Of a DNA stretch of 64,000 nucleotides, positions 1 to 10,601 are shown piece after piece. How positions within the stretch are numbered: the stretch's first letter is position 1; each line of letters begins with the position of its first letter. The translations under genes and the position numbers were made by a program. The stretch comes from Fistulifera solaris (lineage: Eukaryota). The stretch covers positions 186,001-250,000 of the forward strand of contig AP026134.1 in NCBI GenBank assembly GCA_030295235.1, read 5' to 3'. The notes under the pieces were generated by a model. It saw nothing but the letters and a program-made list of their open reading frames with translations. It did not search any database and was not told the origin of the DNA.

Positions 1-265
1 TTATAGCCCTATTAGCATCCTGAATTAAACCTCGTTTTCCTTTTGTTTAGAGTTGCTGCTGATCTTTTGCAACTTGCACTCGTGCGTTAAGATTTGCCGA
101 CGCGTACAAATCTGATGTACATACATGGCTTTTCCTTCCTCGAAAGTAAAAGGAGGATCTATTGCAATAATCTCTTACTATCATTTGGATGAAACTGATA
201 GTTAAACAGGTTTATTCGTCTATTTTGTGTTTTTGATATTCGGCGGGAAAGAAAATGAGATTCAT

Positions 266-879
266 TTAAGATAAAAGATACTTCGCAGTTGTTTGTTCCA
301 AAAGTAACTTACCGTCATCTTCGTCGTCTTCCTCTTCGTCATCATCTTCTCCGAATTTCAGAGACTTCACTGTAAACGTATCCCAACCTCCACCTTGAGT
401 TCCTTTCGTAGGTTCAAACAAAGGTTTCGCTTTGATTTCCTCTTCTTCCTCTTCGTCTTCCTCGGCGTTCTCGCTTTCTTCATCTCCGCCATCTTCATCA
501 GACTGTTCCTCTTCTCCATCATCTCCAGATCCTTCCCCTTCGTTTGCTTCTTCTTCGGCGCTTTCTTCCTCTTCTTCTTCTTCTTCATCATCATCCTTCG
601 CTGTCGAGCCACCGTGTTGCTTTTGGTAGGCCTCCAAACGCGCCATTCGTGCATTGTGAACGATCGTCAGATCCGCCTCCGGATCCGGGCCTAAGCCTTT
701 TCCAGTAGCCACTCGGGGTCTAGAGCGGGCCAGATCACCCAGGTAAAGCCCACCAAGACGGGAAAGGCCCAAGTGACAACAGCACGAGCACCGGCGCCGA
801 CTTTGGGGATCTGCGTCGACATGGTTCGACTGGCGACGCGCGGCATTTGCGCCGTTACAGCTCGTCTCACTCCAAACAT
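266..879 (-). CDS. Putative mitochondrial single-pass membrane protein with a very acidic C-terminal tail (ORFs 691..900 and 266..772 joined across a 1-bp indel near 698-701)
   Basis: ATG at 879 gives an Arg/Ser/Thr-rich presequence-like start (MFGVRRAVTAQMPRVASRTMST), then a hydrophobic segment (VVTWAFPVLVGFTWVIWP). Adding one A in the AAAA run continues the frame as LEKGLGPDPEAD... into an E/D-rich tail. Confidence 0.6.
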
Positions 880-1119
880 TGTAAATATTTTTAACTGCAC
901 TGATATTCGAACAAAGAAACGCTCAATGAGGCACCAACTGAGCGATCCGTCGAAAGCGAATAATCATCGTCTCCAATCGTCGCGTCGCGCGCTCAACGAC
1001 GAACAAGGAACAAGACGTACAGCGGAAGAGAAGATTCTGTAAGGTTCAGGTTTTGAATTTTTGAGGATGACGTTCAAGATGACGTAAGCCGTTTTTAAGA
1101 CGACTTTTTGTCTTCCACG

Positions 1120-1450
1120 TAGACCTCTGTCCGTTCTCCGTTTAACAGGGAATTCCCAACTGGGATCCCAGTTCAATTCCCTTCCTCGTTCATTTTCCCA
1201 ATTCCCTGTTTAACAGGGAATGAGTGGTGGACGTCTGACCGGCAATCAGAGACCTTTATTCCTTTGTTTGCGCGGTAAATCAACAGAAAATCTCTAATCT
1301 AAAGCGTTAAGGATTAGGGACTGACTACCATATTTCGTAAACGGGACTCATTAATTTGTACAGGGAATGCTCCCAGTTCACTCCTTGTTCGATCAAAATC
1401 CCTGTTCACTCCCTCCCTGTTGGAGTGAACTGGGAACGGACAGAGGTCTA
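1120..1450. mobile_element. Non-autonomous DNA transposon (MITE), hAT-like by 8-bp TSD
   Basis: Perfect 17-bp TIRs TAGACCTCTGTCCGTTC (1120-1136) and GAACGGACAGAGGTCTA (1434-1450). Direct repeat CTTCCACG at 1112-1119 and 1451-1458. Repeated subterminal motifs and no transposase ORF. Confidence 0.93.
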
Positions 1451-2607
1451 CTTCCACGTGACCACAAGACGCCGAAACGCGATTGTTGACGATCTTACCA
1501 AAGCTAGAAACATCGGCATGGCTTTAAGACTGACTAATAGGTTAACTTGTAAGCGACGGGATATCAATCACTGGTTACAACTCAATCAGGTCGTACAAAT
1601 TCGGCGTTACTGTATAGGCGAGTTTTTAGTCGGCCCCATCAACAAAACACCTCGACTTTTTGTTCATCTAGAAATCATATTGTTTGTATTTGCGTCCATG
1701 CACTCTGCGGCTCTTCGGTTACAAAGTAAACTTTCTTGAATTGGCTTCTGAGGTAGCTAAAGCTACAGTGCTGGGAGCTGACTGGTGCATTGTCTGCGGG
1801 AGAAGTGAGCAGAATTGCATGCATGGGGAGTAAGGACTGACGAAATCATGGATGCCGTAGCTGCAATAACTTTCATGCTCTACTGCTCTAACATTAGCCG
1901 TTCGAATTTTCGCAACTCGCATTTTTTCAATTCTCATCGGCTCATCGCCCAATGATCGCCCTATTATTTACAAAGTACTTGGCTGCTTATCACCTACTTT
2001 GTAGTTTCAAGTAGCTTGTGACAACGAAATTTGCGCAAGTTGAACTGAAATCAATATTGTGAAACAAAACAGAAAATGTATTTCATTCGAGCGAACACAG
2101 AACACGAACGGACGAATGACCTAGGACCTTAGACCTTAGACAATCATCCATCAAACGCCACACACACGCCGCAAACCGATTTTCACAATAACACCAAAGA
2201 AAAAAAGCGAAGGAGAAAGAGTAGCATGATTCTGATTCTTACTCGAGGAGCACCGATCAACTCAGATAAACCAGCATCGCCGACGAAGTCAAGCAATGAG
2301 GAGTCTTTAAGAGTACTGATGAGTAAGACCTGGCAAGACGTTTAAACGTGGGCAAGCCGCTCTAGATCAGTCGTCCACCACATCGACTGTTCAAGGCAGC
2401 TTAGATGGCAAGGAGATACAGGAACAACCTTTATTGTCTGAACAGTTGCATCACTCGCTCGATGGCAAGACGTCTTGATGAGGTTTTTCAGTCTATGATG
2501 ACACTGAGGACGATCTGCACAACGATAAAGAAGCAAGCACTGGTGACGTGCCCAGCGAGCGATACGAAAACAAGGAGAAGGATGCTGATGGAAAGGGAAA
2601 CCCTTGA

Positions 2608-3207
2608 ATGCGCAGCACCATGAAAAGACAAGATAGCCAGCGCATCGTACGGCGAAGAAATTCTATCACTGTCACGTCGACAGGGAGTTTTGAGTTTGAA
2701 TCCGAGAATAGTAATTCTCGCCACGATCTCGATGCAGCTTCACAACACAGCTTCACTAATGAGGCTACAAGTGATCGACGCCGAACCACAAGACCTCACC
2801 GGCATTCATTGGGATACGGAACTCCTTCACTGATATTGTCAACTGAACCTTCAGAATTCAAAGATATGATGCAAAAACGCTTAGATCGCATCGAACAACA
2901 AAAGAACAATTCTGATCTTTCCTTCGATTGTAGCCAATCAACTTTGAATGGATATGAAGGCGAAAGATGGCATGATTCGAGATCGAATTTGAATTCGAAT
3001 CGCATGGAAAGCATCGATGCGGTCGCCGGGGTTGTCGGCATTCGATGGGTAATGTTTCTACAAATGAAGGGAACGCTGCAGTGTAAAGGAACCACAAACG
3101 TCGGTCCTGGTGATGGTTACAACGATCCGGATGCTTCGCCAATAGACTATGACAATTTCGCACCGACGGGCGCCAGGTGCCGGCATGTGCCCAGACGAGT
3201 GAGATGA
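2608..3207 (+). CDS. Hypothetical Ser/Arg/Asp-rich protein fragment, possibly a degenerate gene spanning about 2200-3400
   Basis: 199-aa low-complexity ORF. Flanking sequence looks coding but has stops or frame breaks. No recognisable domain. Confidence 0.3.
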   Translation: MRSTMKRQDSQRIVRRRNSITVTSTGSFEFESENSNSRHDLDAASQHSFTNEATSDRRRTTRPHRHSLGYGTPSLILSTEPSEFKDMMQKRLDRIEQQKNNSDLSFDCSQSTLNGYEGERWHDSRSNLNSNRMESIDAVAGVVGIRWVMFLQMKGTLQCKGTTNVGPGDGYNDPDASPIDYDNFAPTGARCRHVPRRVR

Positions 3208-3943
3208 TTGTCTGTAGGGCACACCGTCGAGAAGAATGTGGAAGACGACTCATTTTTGCATTCCGTTGTTGATCAACAGAGAGTAGCGGTGCCGAGAAGA
3301 GAAAGAAGATGTTCAATGCACTTTTAACTCCATGATAGCCAACGTTATGATCGGAGTTCGGAACAAACTAGATCCATGCGAGTGTGTCGGACTGTGAATC
3401 TTTATGACGCCCCTGACCTAAAATATACACATTGACTTAGAGCCACTATTCGTAGACTAGCTGCTAGCAATCACACGATCAAAAGCAAATTTAAATGGCA
3501 CAGAGTTGAAAATACAGTCAATGTACTCGGTTCTGTTTGCTTCTTCGCAGATAAGAGAGTCGTGGATCTATTCGTGACAAGAATTCTTTTGTCGTTCCGC
3601 CGCAAAATCACGATCTAGCATCTATCTAGATAGTGGACTTATCACTTTTTGTGTACATCAAAGTAAGTAGTAACCTTTTATCTATTCGCAAGAAAGTACA
3701 CTTATTTTGTCGTTCCTTCGGACGAGTTCGAGATGATTAATGATTATGCAATTATAGCGATACAAAGCGAAATCGGTTGTTAATCAAGGGATTCTATGTG
3801 ATATCCGCCTCTGATCAGTAATAAGCTAATCTCGCCAGCTCTTGCGACAGAATTGTCATCCATCCGGAAGAAGCGAACGCAGTCACAAACTTAAATGATG
3901 ATCATTCTGATCGACCGGCCAACATGTGTCAAAAGATCGCATC

Positions 3944-5053
3944 ATGGCTTTCGCCATCCCAGCCAATCCAATGAATCGTCTTCGCGAGAAAGGAGAATTT
4001 CTCTCATGGAGTGCGCATGCACGTGAAATCAACCTTCGTTCAATATTGGTTCGAACAGTTTCGTGGAGGCGATCGAAAAAGCTCGAAGACGAAAGCGGCG
4101 ATGTTAAAACCGAGGATGATTCGGTGGATGTCGACACGAACGACAATGCAACGAAACAGACCACAATCGATCACACTCTATCCTCAGTTGACAACACTGT
4201 GAACTGGGAATGCTCGCTGATCAAAACGGCCAAAATTTCGTTTCATAGCTCTTCGTCGGACGAGAGCTTTGCGGATGACGATAGTCTTGCTTTTGGCTGG
4301 TCATTTGATGACCTTTCTGACGAAGAAAGTGACCAGAAAACAAAGCTATCTCTTCGTGAAAACGATTTGTACCCAAAGCAGAATGAGAGCGATGACAATA
4401 AAGACAACTTATTCGATCAGGCTCGTCCCCGAACGAGTCGGGATCTCAAGCGGCAAACCAGCAGGAGACGAAGAAAACAAAGCAGGGGTCAGAGTTATAG
4501 CTTGAGTTCAGCGCTGGATCTTTATGCATCTTTTGACAGTCTGGATTCGGTTTCCTCTCGCGACGAACTTCTGGATACTACGAGTGACTCACTGGAGCTA
4601 GGGTCATCTCGTCACAGTGTTGGTCGATGCGCTCGACGTCGTGCTATGCACAATCGTCATCTACATCAATTACCCCGACACAGACAGCATTCATTTTCGA
4701 CATCTTCCGATCCCTCGGCAAATTATTCTCGTAAGTCAGCGTTGCAGAAACGAATCGACAATAATCTTAAAGCCCAATCCCAGCATTCGGTGTCAAGTCG
4801 CGGAAACCCAAGGTACCTTGTGGTGACATCGGATTCATCCGGACAAGATACACTTAATGGCAATCAGGGCTCATTGCGCGAAGCCCGATCAAAGGAACAA
4901 CCGGTGACAGTCGAGAAGACCGATCAAACGTATCCTCGTTTCATCTTGGTGGAATCTGATCCCAGAGATGATCATGAGAGGGGCGATAGACAACGCAGCC
5001 GGCGCGGTCGACGAAGGAGATCTATCACTGGAGAGAAGTCTCACAGTGTTTGA
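3944..5053 (+). CDS. Hypothetical Ser/Asp/Arg-rich disordered protein (paralog of 5253..6125)
   Basis: Long ORF with first ATG at 3944. Shares the blocks SDSLE-GSS-RHSVGR--RRR--HNRHLH, STxSDP, LxKRxxxNLKAQSxHSVSS and PRY/F with the next ORF. Confidence 0.65.
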   Translation: MAFAIPANPMNRLREKGEFLSWSAHAREINLRSILVRTVSWRRSKKLEDESGDVKTEDDSVDVDTNDNATKQTTIDHTLSSVDNTVNWECSLIKTAKISFHSSSSDESFADDDSLAFGWSFDDLSDEESDQKTKLSLRENDLYPKQNESDDNKDNLFDQARPRTSRDLKRQTSRRRRKQSRGQSYSLSSALDLYASFDSLDSVSSRDELLDTTSDSLELGSSRHSVGRCARRRAMHNRHLHQLPRHRQHSFSTSSDPSANYSRKSALQKRIDNNLKAQSQHSVSSRGNPRYLVVTSDSSGQDTLNGNQGSLREARSKEQPVTVEKTDQTYPRFILVESDPRDDHERGDRQRSRRGRRRRSITGEKSHSV

Positions 5054-5252
5054 CTGCATTTTGCCAAAAAAAATCGTCCGCAATTTGGGCAGTCGGTGTT
5101 GTGGTGAGGATCAAAAGCCTGGGTTCCTGTTCATCAATACTGTAGACCGGAAAAAGGTAATCTAGGTATTAAGCAAAGTTAAAGCTTGACACTTTTTTTA
5201 TTGCGTCATACAAACATTTTTCCTTGGAGAAGCGAGTCACGTTGTTCATAGC

Positions 5253-6125
5253 ATGGGCTGGCATTTGGCATTTTGTTTCTTGTCTGAAGAAAGCTTTGCC
5301 TTAGAAGATGAAAAAGGACTCGAATGGAGAAAAGAAGATTCTTCAAGCGACGAAGATAACGATGACGTTGATGATGATCATAGTATTACGTATCACTCCA
5401 AGCTAAACGACGATGGAGATGATAACGACGGTGGCACCAATGATTCGCTCAATCAATCAGGGTACTGCTCCCGTTCGATTCGACCTTTAGATCGATGTGA
5501 GGGTAGAAGGAGAAGACGATTGAGCACAGGTCGAAGTCATGGCTCGAGCTCCGCCCTTTCTTTGGGTAGCTCTATTTGCACGTACGACGAGTCCATCGAC
5601 AACATCAGCGATTCCCTTGAGATTGGATCATCATCGCGCCACAGTGTCGGGAGAAGTGGTAGACGTCGTACCACACACAATCGCCATCTTCATCACCAAG
5701 CACAGTGGTCGAGACCAGTCTCTATCTCGACGGCGTCCGATCCATTATCTCACTTTTCGAACACGTCTGTATTGCACAAGCGCCTCGAGATCAATCTAAA
5801 AGCACAATCTCACCATTCTGTATCGTCTTCGCAAGAAAATCTTCGATACATCGTGATGAAAGCCGAATTAGATGATGGTGTCGATACTAATAAGAAGGAT
5901 CTTCCTCCGCAGACACGAAATAGTGACGTGCCAGCCATGCCCAACGTCAAACATCCCCGCTACATCGTGATTCGTGATCCAATCGAAAGACAAAGAAGAG
6001 GACGACAAGGATGTCAAGCATTGCTCACGACGAGGTCGACGCAGAAGAGGACACAGCGTCGAGGAAACCACGCAAAGTGTCTAATCCCTCGTTTCTTTCT
6101 TTTTGACGGTCTAATTTTTACTTAG
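5253..6125 (+). CDS. Hypothetical Ser/Asp/Arg-rich disordered protein (paralog of 3944..5053; 5' end uncertain)
   Basis: 290-aa ORF with the same conserved blocks in the same order as the upstream gene. Confidence 0.6.
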   Translation: MGWHLAFCFLSEESFALEDEKGLEWRKEDSSSDEDNDDVDDDHSITYHSKLNDDGDDNDGGTNDSLNQSGYCSRSIRPLDRCEGRRRRRLSTGRSHGSSSALSLGSSICTYDESIDNISDSLEIGSSSRHSVGRSGRRRTTHNRHLHHQAQWSRPVSISTASDPLSHFSNTSVLHKRLEINLKAQSHHSVSSSQENLRYIVMKAELDDGVDTNKKDLPPQTRNSDVPAMPNVKHPRYIVIRDPIERQRRGRQGCQALLTTRSTQKRTQRRGNHAKCLIPRFFLFDGLIFT

Positions 6126-6149
6126 CATTATTCTTTAACGCACCAAGCT

Positions 6150-6890
6150 CTACTCTTTCTTCTTTTGTGATTCCAGCGCACTGATTGTTTCTTTCCAAGC
6201 ACGACGAATGCGTAGTAAAGGCACCACGCCCCAGATCAAATTACAAAACCAAAAGCCGAACCAGTAATACACCAAATGATCGAAATCCAGAAACTTGACG
6301 TTGGCCCAAGCATTCCCCGGAATACCGACCGGATCACGTGCAGGCACGTTGACTTGTTCGTCCAAGATCACTTCCGTTAACACAAAGAGCACCATACCCA
6401 TGAAATGAAAGGAACTGGTAATGATTTCGAGCGGATAGCGTTGGGGACGATTTTGCAAAATGGCATAACACGATGCCAAACTGAGTGGTGCCATCACAAA
6501 GAGTTCATAAAAGCCCACCGCCCAGACAATGGGATGTCCTTGGGCGAATCTTCGATCCAAAATATCGTACTGTTGCACTACCACAGGAATACGTCGAAAA
6601 GTACCCGAAGCTCCGTCCATGGTGGCGTGATACAACCACGCATTCCAGTAATACCATTCAGCGGCCCAACGATCGTGTGGGGCAAGTTTCTGTTTCGGAT
6701 TGTAACCGAGATACACGGTCAAACAAGACAAGGAGAAGAAACTGACAACATAGGGAGAAGCAAAGAAACCCCAAAACAGTTGTGATGCGTCTCGAGTCGT
6801 GATGAAGAAACGGAGCCACAAAATACCCAACACCATGGCCGAAAATACGCGTGTTGGGTCAGGAAGTTTCTCGTATATTGTGTTTGCCAT
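6150..6890 (-). CDS. EBP/EXPERA-family membrane protein (sterol delta8-delta7 isomerase-like)
   Basis: Multi-TM protein with W...H..MDG, YxxLDRRF, E..VMAPL, RYPLEIITS and YYWFGFWFCNLIWGVVP motifs, and a C-terminal KKKE ER-retention-like end. Confidence 0.8.
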   Translation of the reverse strand: MANTIYEKLPDPTRVFSAMVLGILWLRFFITTRDASQLFWGFFASPYVVSFFSLSCLTVYLGYNPKQKLAPHDRWAAEWYYWNAWLYHATMDGASGTFRRIPVVVQQYDILDRRFAQGHPIVWAVGFYELFVMAPLSLASCYAILQNRPQRYPLEIITSSFHFMGMVLFVLTEVILDEQVNVPARDPVGIPGNAWANVKFLDFDHLVYYWFGFWFCNLIWGVVPLLRIRRAWKETISALESQKKKE

Positions 6891-7290
6891 TATAGAAATG
6901 CGAAAGCGTGTTCAGAAGCCGTGAAATGTTGGAATGCCGTTCAATACGCAGATCTCTTTGCAAATGAATGCAGGGCAATGCGATTTTCGTCTTTCAACCG
7001 ACAGACGGGAAACACAAAGAGCGTGGTATACTTGTATTCATAGTACAGTCAGTACCACATGCTTGTTTCGCACTTAGTATCGCTTGTTACCATGTTGCTA
7101 AGGTGGCGGCTTTACATGATTGGTGATCGCGTTAGCACAAGACTAGTTGCAAGACGGGCTTGATCTGAAGGCTAGACGCTAACTAGCTTCGTTCTACTTC
7201 TAGTTTTGGGGACGGTTTGTCCTTTGAGTATGCAATTGTAGTAAAAAAACAAAATTACTATCATGAAACAAAATTTACTATCACCTCGAC

Positions 7291-9863
7291 TCACAAAATA
7301 GACCCCCTACTTGCAACCAAATCGGTTCTTCTTTGTCCTCGAGATGTTCCACTTGTTGCAAAAAAGACGCCAAAAGTTAAAGGGCCGCGAAAGCTGCGTT
7401 GATTCTGATGATACTCGGCTAAAGCCCGTAGTGTACTACCACCTTTCGTGCCACTCGTTGGATCCAAATCCACCATATTACAGCGTGCACAGGGACCGAC
7501 GACTTGCCAGCAAATCGTTTGCTTGTACCACCAGTGCTTATAATTGTCGCTGTCATCCTCTTCACCGCCTTGCACAACAAAATTGGGTCGAAAATGCTGG
7601 GATGATACTGGAGACTTTCCTTGTTGTTGCAGAATACTATTGATTGCATCCACAGCGTTTTGACGAATCATTAAAATCGGCTGTTCGTTAACAAAAGATG
7701 ACACTTTGGCAGTAGTTACTGATGAATGTCGTGCCAGCCAGCAAGGTACTCCCAAGAATGCGGAAAACCAGCGAGCAGCAACCGTGTCTCCCCAGACGAC
7801 GCCTCGACATTCATGACTCCCGCACACGCGAATTGCGTTACTATCCTGTCCATGATCATCTTGTTGCGACAAAGAGAGTATCAAGGGATCCATACCGGGT
7901 GCTGTCACGGTCATTTCATTCAATTCGAACGAGAGATGGGGACGTATGCGCGCCATTTTTGAGTGTGTTGACAGTCGCAAAGCTTGTCCCGATTCATTGA
8001 CCAAACAAAAGCACGATCCATCCACAGTTGACCTTGTACCACCGGCCAACGCTGCACTCGTTGCGCGGCACAGCTTTTGATCGGAAAAACGTACAGTTCG
8101 GTCAGCACCAAATCAGGTTTGAGTTTCTCACTGCGGGCGTTGTGACGATTTTCATGTTGTTGTTTCCGTTGTACGTAAACGCGGTCCAAAAAATCCAATT
8201 AAAACGTCAATATCCTCCCACATCGAGTCCTTTCCCAAGCTAATCCTCACTGCACCAGTTGGTTTCCCTTCTATTAAATCCACATCATCCCCGCACACAT
8301 GCCCCATTTGCTCAAAATTAGATATAATCTCCTCGTCACTCCATCCCAACGCCTGTTGACAGCCACCGGGATTGCAAAAACATCCCACACGGAATTGGAT
8401 GGGTGGCGTGTGGAGGGCTGCCAGCTGGGCGATTTCGTGATATCCAACGTACGTCTTTCCATCCTCGCGCAGCACATTAAAGGTAACCGTTGGGCCCGGA
8501 CTATTGGCACAAGTGAGCGTTTTGGGGTCGGCCCAAGCGCCGTACAAGACAATAGCCGATTGACCTGTCGAGGCATGTCTCAATAAGCACAAACGACGTA
8601 CCAGTTCACGAGTTAATACTCGGGTGTGATCTCGTATAGCCGCCATACCTCCCAATTTCTGCAGAGTTTGCAGCCCATACGCTAACTCGCAAATACCCCG
8701 AAAATGGCTCGTACCGCCACGAAGACTGTATTCGGTCGCTTTGCGCACGATATAATCACGCGACGGCGTTACAACTTGCACGGTACCACCACCAAAATAC
8801 GCATGTGGGACCGGCGAAAGAAGCATGGCCGCCAACGCACTTTGCTTCTTGACCAGCAAGGCTCCCAATCCCGTCGGGGCACCAAATATCTTGTAAAACG
8901 ACACGACCGCAAAATCTGGATCCCACGTTTTCAACGAGATGGGTTCCGTGCACGCGGCTTTGGCCATATCCAAACCCACACACCAACCCGGTTGTGTTCG
9001 AAATGCTTCGTAAACGTGCGAAAGTAACCGATCACCCGAAAAATTGCATTCCAAGGGTAAAACCACCAAATGTTGTGTCGAGTTCGGTGCTGTTTGCAGA
9101 ATATCATCAACATCTTTTGATTGCTTCCACACGCGAAACGACGCTCCCGCTCGTAAGGCACATTCTCGCATCCCCAATACCGACGTATGTGAAGTCGCCG
9201 GACACGCAAAGAACGATTGATGCGGCGTGAAATCAAAGTGTTCCGCTACCGTGTGTAACCCTTCCGTCGTCCCCGACGTGAAGAACAAATGATATCCCGG
9301 ATGCTGCTGCTGCTGTTTGTCAGTTGATCGTGGAAATCCAGCCAACAGATCGGGTGTTGCATCCCACAATTCCAGTAATTGTTGTCGGACACGTTCGATT
9401 TGTTGGAGCGTACGACTGGCGGTCGGTCCGATGTACGAATGCGGATTGCCGAACACTAGGTGACTCGATGCCTGTAGTTGTGATTGCCACGGCAAGGCAC
9501 TGCCGGCGTAATCCAAATATACTTCGGATGGCTGACCATTCTCCGCATGGTACAAACCCGGCAATTCGCGAGGACGCCACGTATCAATGTGACCCATTAT
9601 AGACGAAGGGTAGCCGTAGTGCGATCCAGCACGACGAAGAAAGGATTCTTTTCCGTATTGAATATCCTTGGTTCTTGCAAGGTGTTACTCGAATCATTCT
9701 TGGAGTAATATTCTTTGTCATCTTCGTTCGGTCTACGAGCACGCGCCCAGGGTCGCATGCAAAAAAATGAAGGAAACCAACGCCATGTCGTCCATATTGT
9801 GATCACTGCAGGGATCCCATAAAACCCCAACGCTGCTATTGCATTGCTTATCTTCCAGTCCAT
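7291..9863 (-). CDS. ABA3: Molybdenum cofactor sulfurase (NifS-like PLP domain plus MOSC domain), split by about three indels
   Basis: VYLDYAG, FTSGTTEGL, SFYKIFGAPTGLGAL and RVGCFCNPGGC in the PLP domain; LYVFPIKSC, FRPNFVV and CARCNMVDLDP in the MOSC domain. Frame breaks near 9650, 8190 and 8010. Confidence 0.9.
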
Positions 9864-10601
9864 GGTTGGATCTTTCTATGCATGTATTCGAACGAAAGAA
9901 CTTTCCTTCCTATTGGTTGACAATAATGGCGTTATTGTTGCGAGTGTCGCGAAGTTTCGATGTGTTTTTGATTCAGTTCCATTCCCCCAAAAGGGTTAAA
10001 GGTATGTCGTCCACAACTCGGGATTTATCAATCCGGTCCGGGATTCTCTAGATGTCGACGGCGGAGAAAAATCGCAAATCCTTCATGACCACAAAACGGT
10101 ATTACGACATTACGACCTCCGATGACTGTTCTAGTCGGACGAGAGAAGAATCACTGTAACATTCACCCACACACAAAACAAGACACAGCGAAAACAGAAA
10201 CTCCGTAAAAAATAATGTCACTGACTATGATATTTACTGTGATGGTCATCGGTCTTTGCTCGAACCATTTAAGATCCAAGAAAATCTTTCATCTCCAACA
10301 ACCAGTCAATGTATGTTAAAAGACTCGGGAGTAATGACTCATGACTCTACACTCTGCACTATCAGTGAATAATGTCATGAAGAAGCTCGATTTAGGACCA
10401 ATAGAATTTCACTTTTGTCTGACTATCAACAATCTGAATCGAGTGGGCTGAGTGTTCGTATTTATTTGTACAAGTAATCATCGCTTTGCCTTTCGCCGGC
10501 GATCGGATAAATCGTTGCCTTTTTTCTCAATTCTCACAATTCATTTTTGCATCATCATTATCACACCAGCAAAAGGATTTCCCTGGGATTATCATCGTAC
10601 C

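Noticed and set aside
367..694. Lys-rich, Phe-rich and poly-Ser ORFs
   Set aside because: These are shadow frames of the GAA/GAT-rich acidic coding region.
1140..1440. CRISPR-like repeated palindromes
   Set aside because: There is no regular repeat-spacer periodicity and no cas genes. The repeats are subterminal motifs of a MITE.
9595..9600. TAATG stop/start overlap suggesting translational coupling
   Set aside because: Better explained by a 1-bp deletion at 9649-9652 in a single continuous gene.
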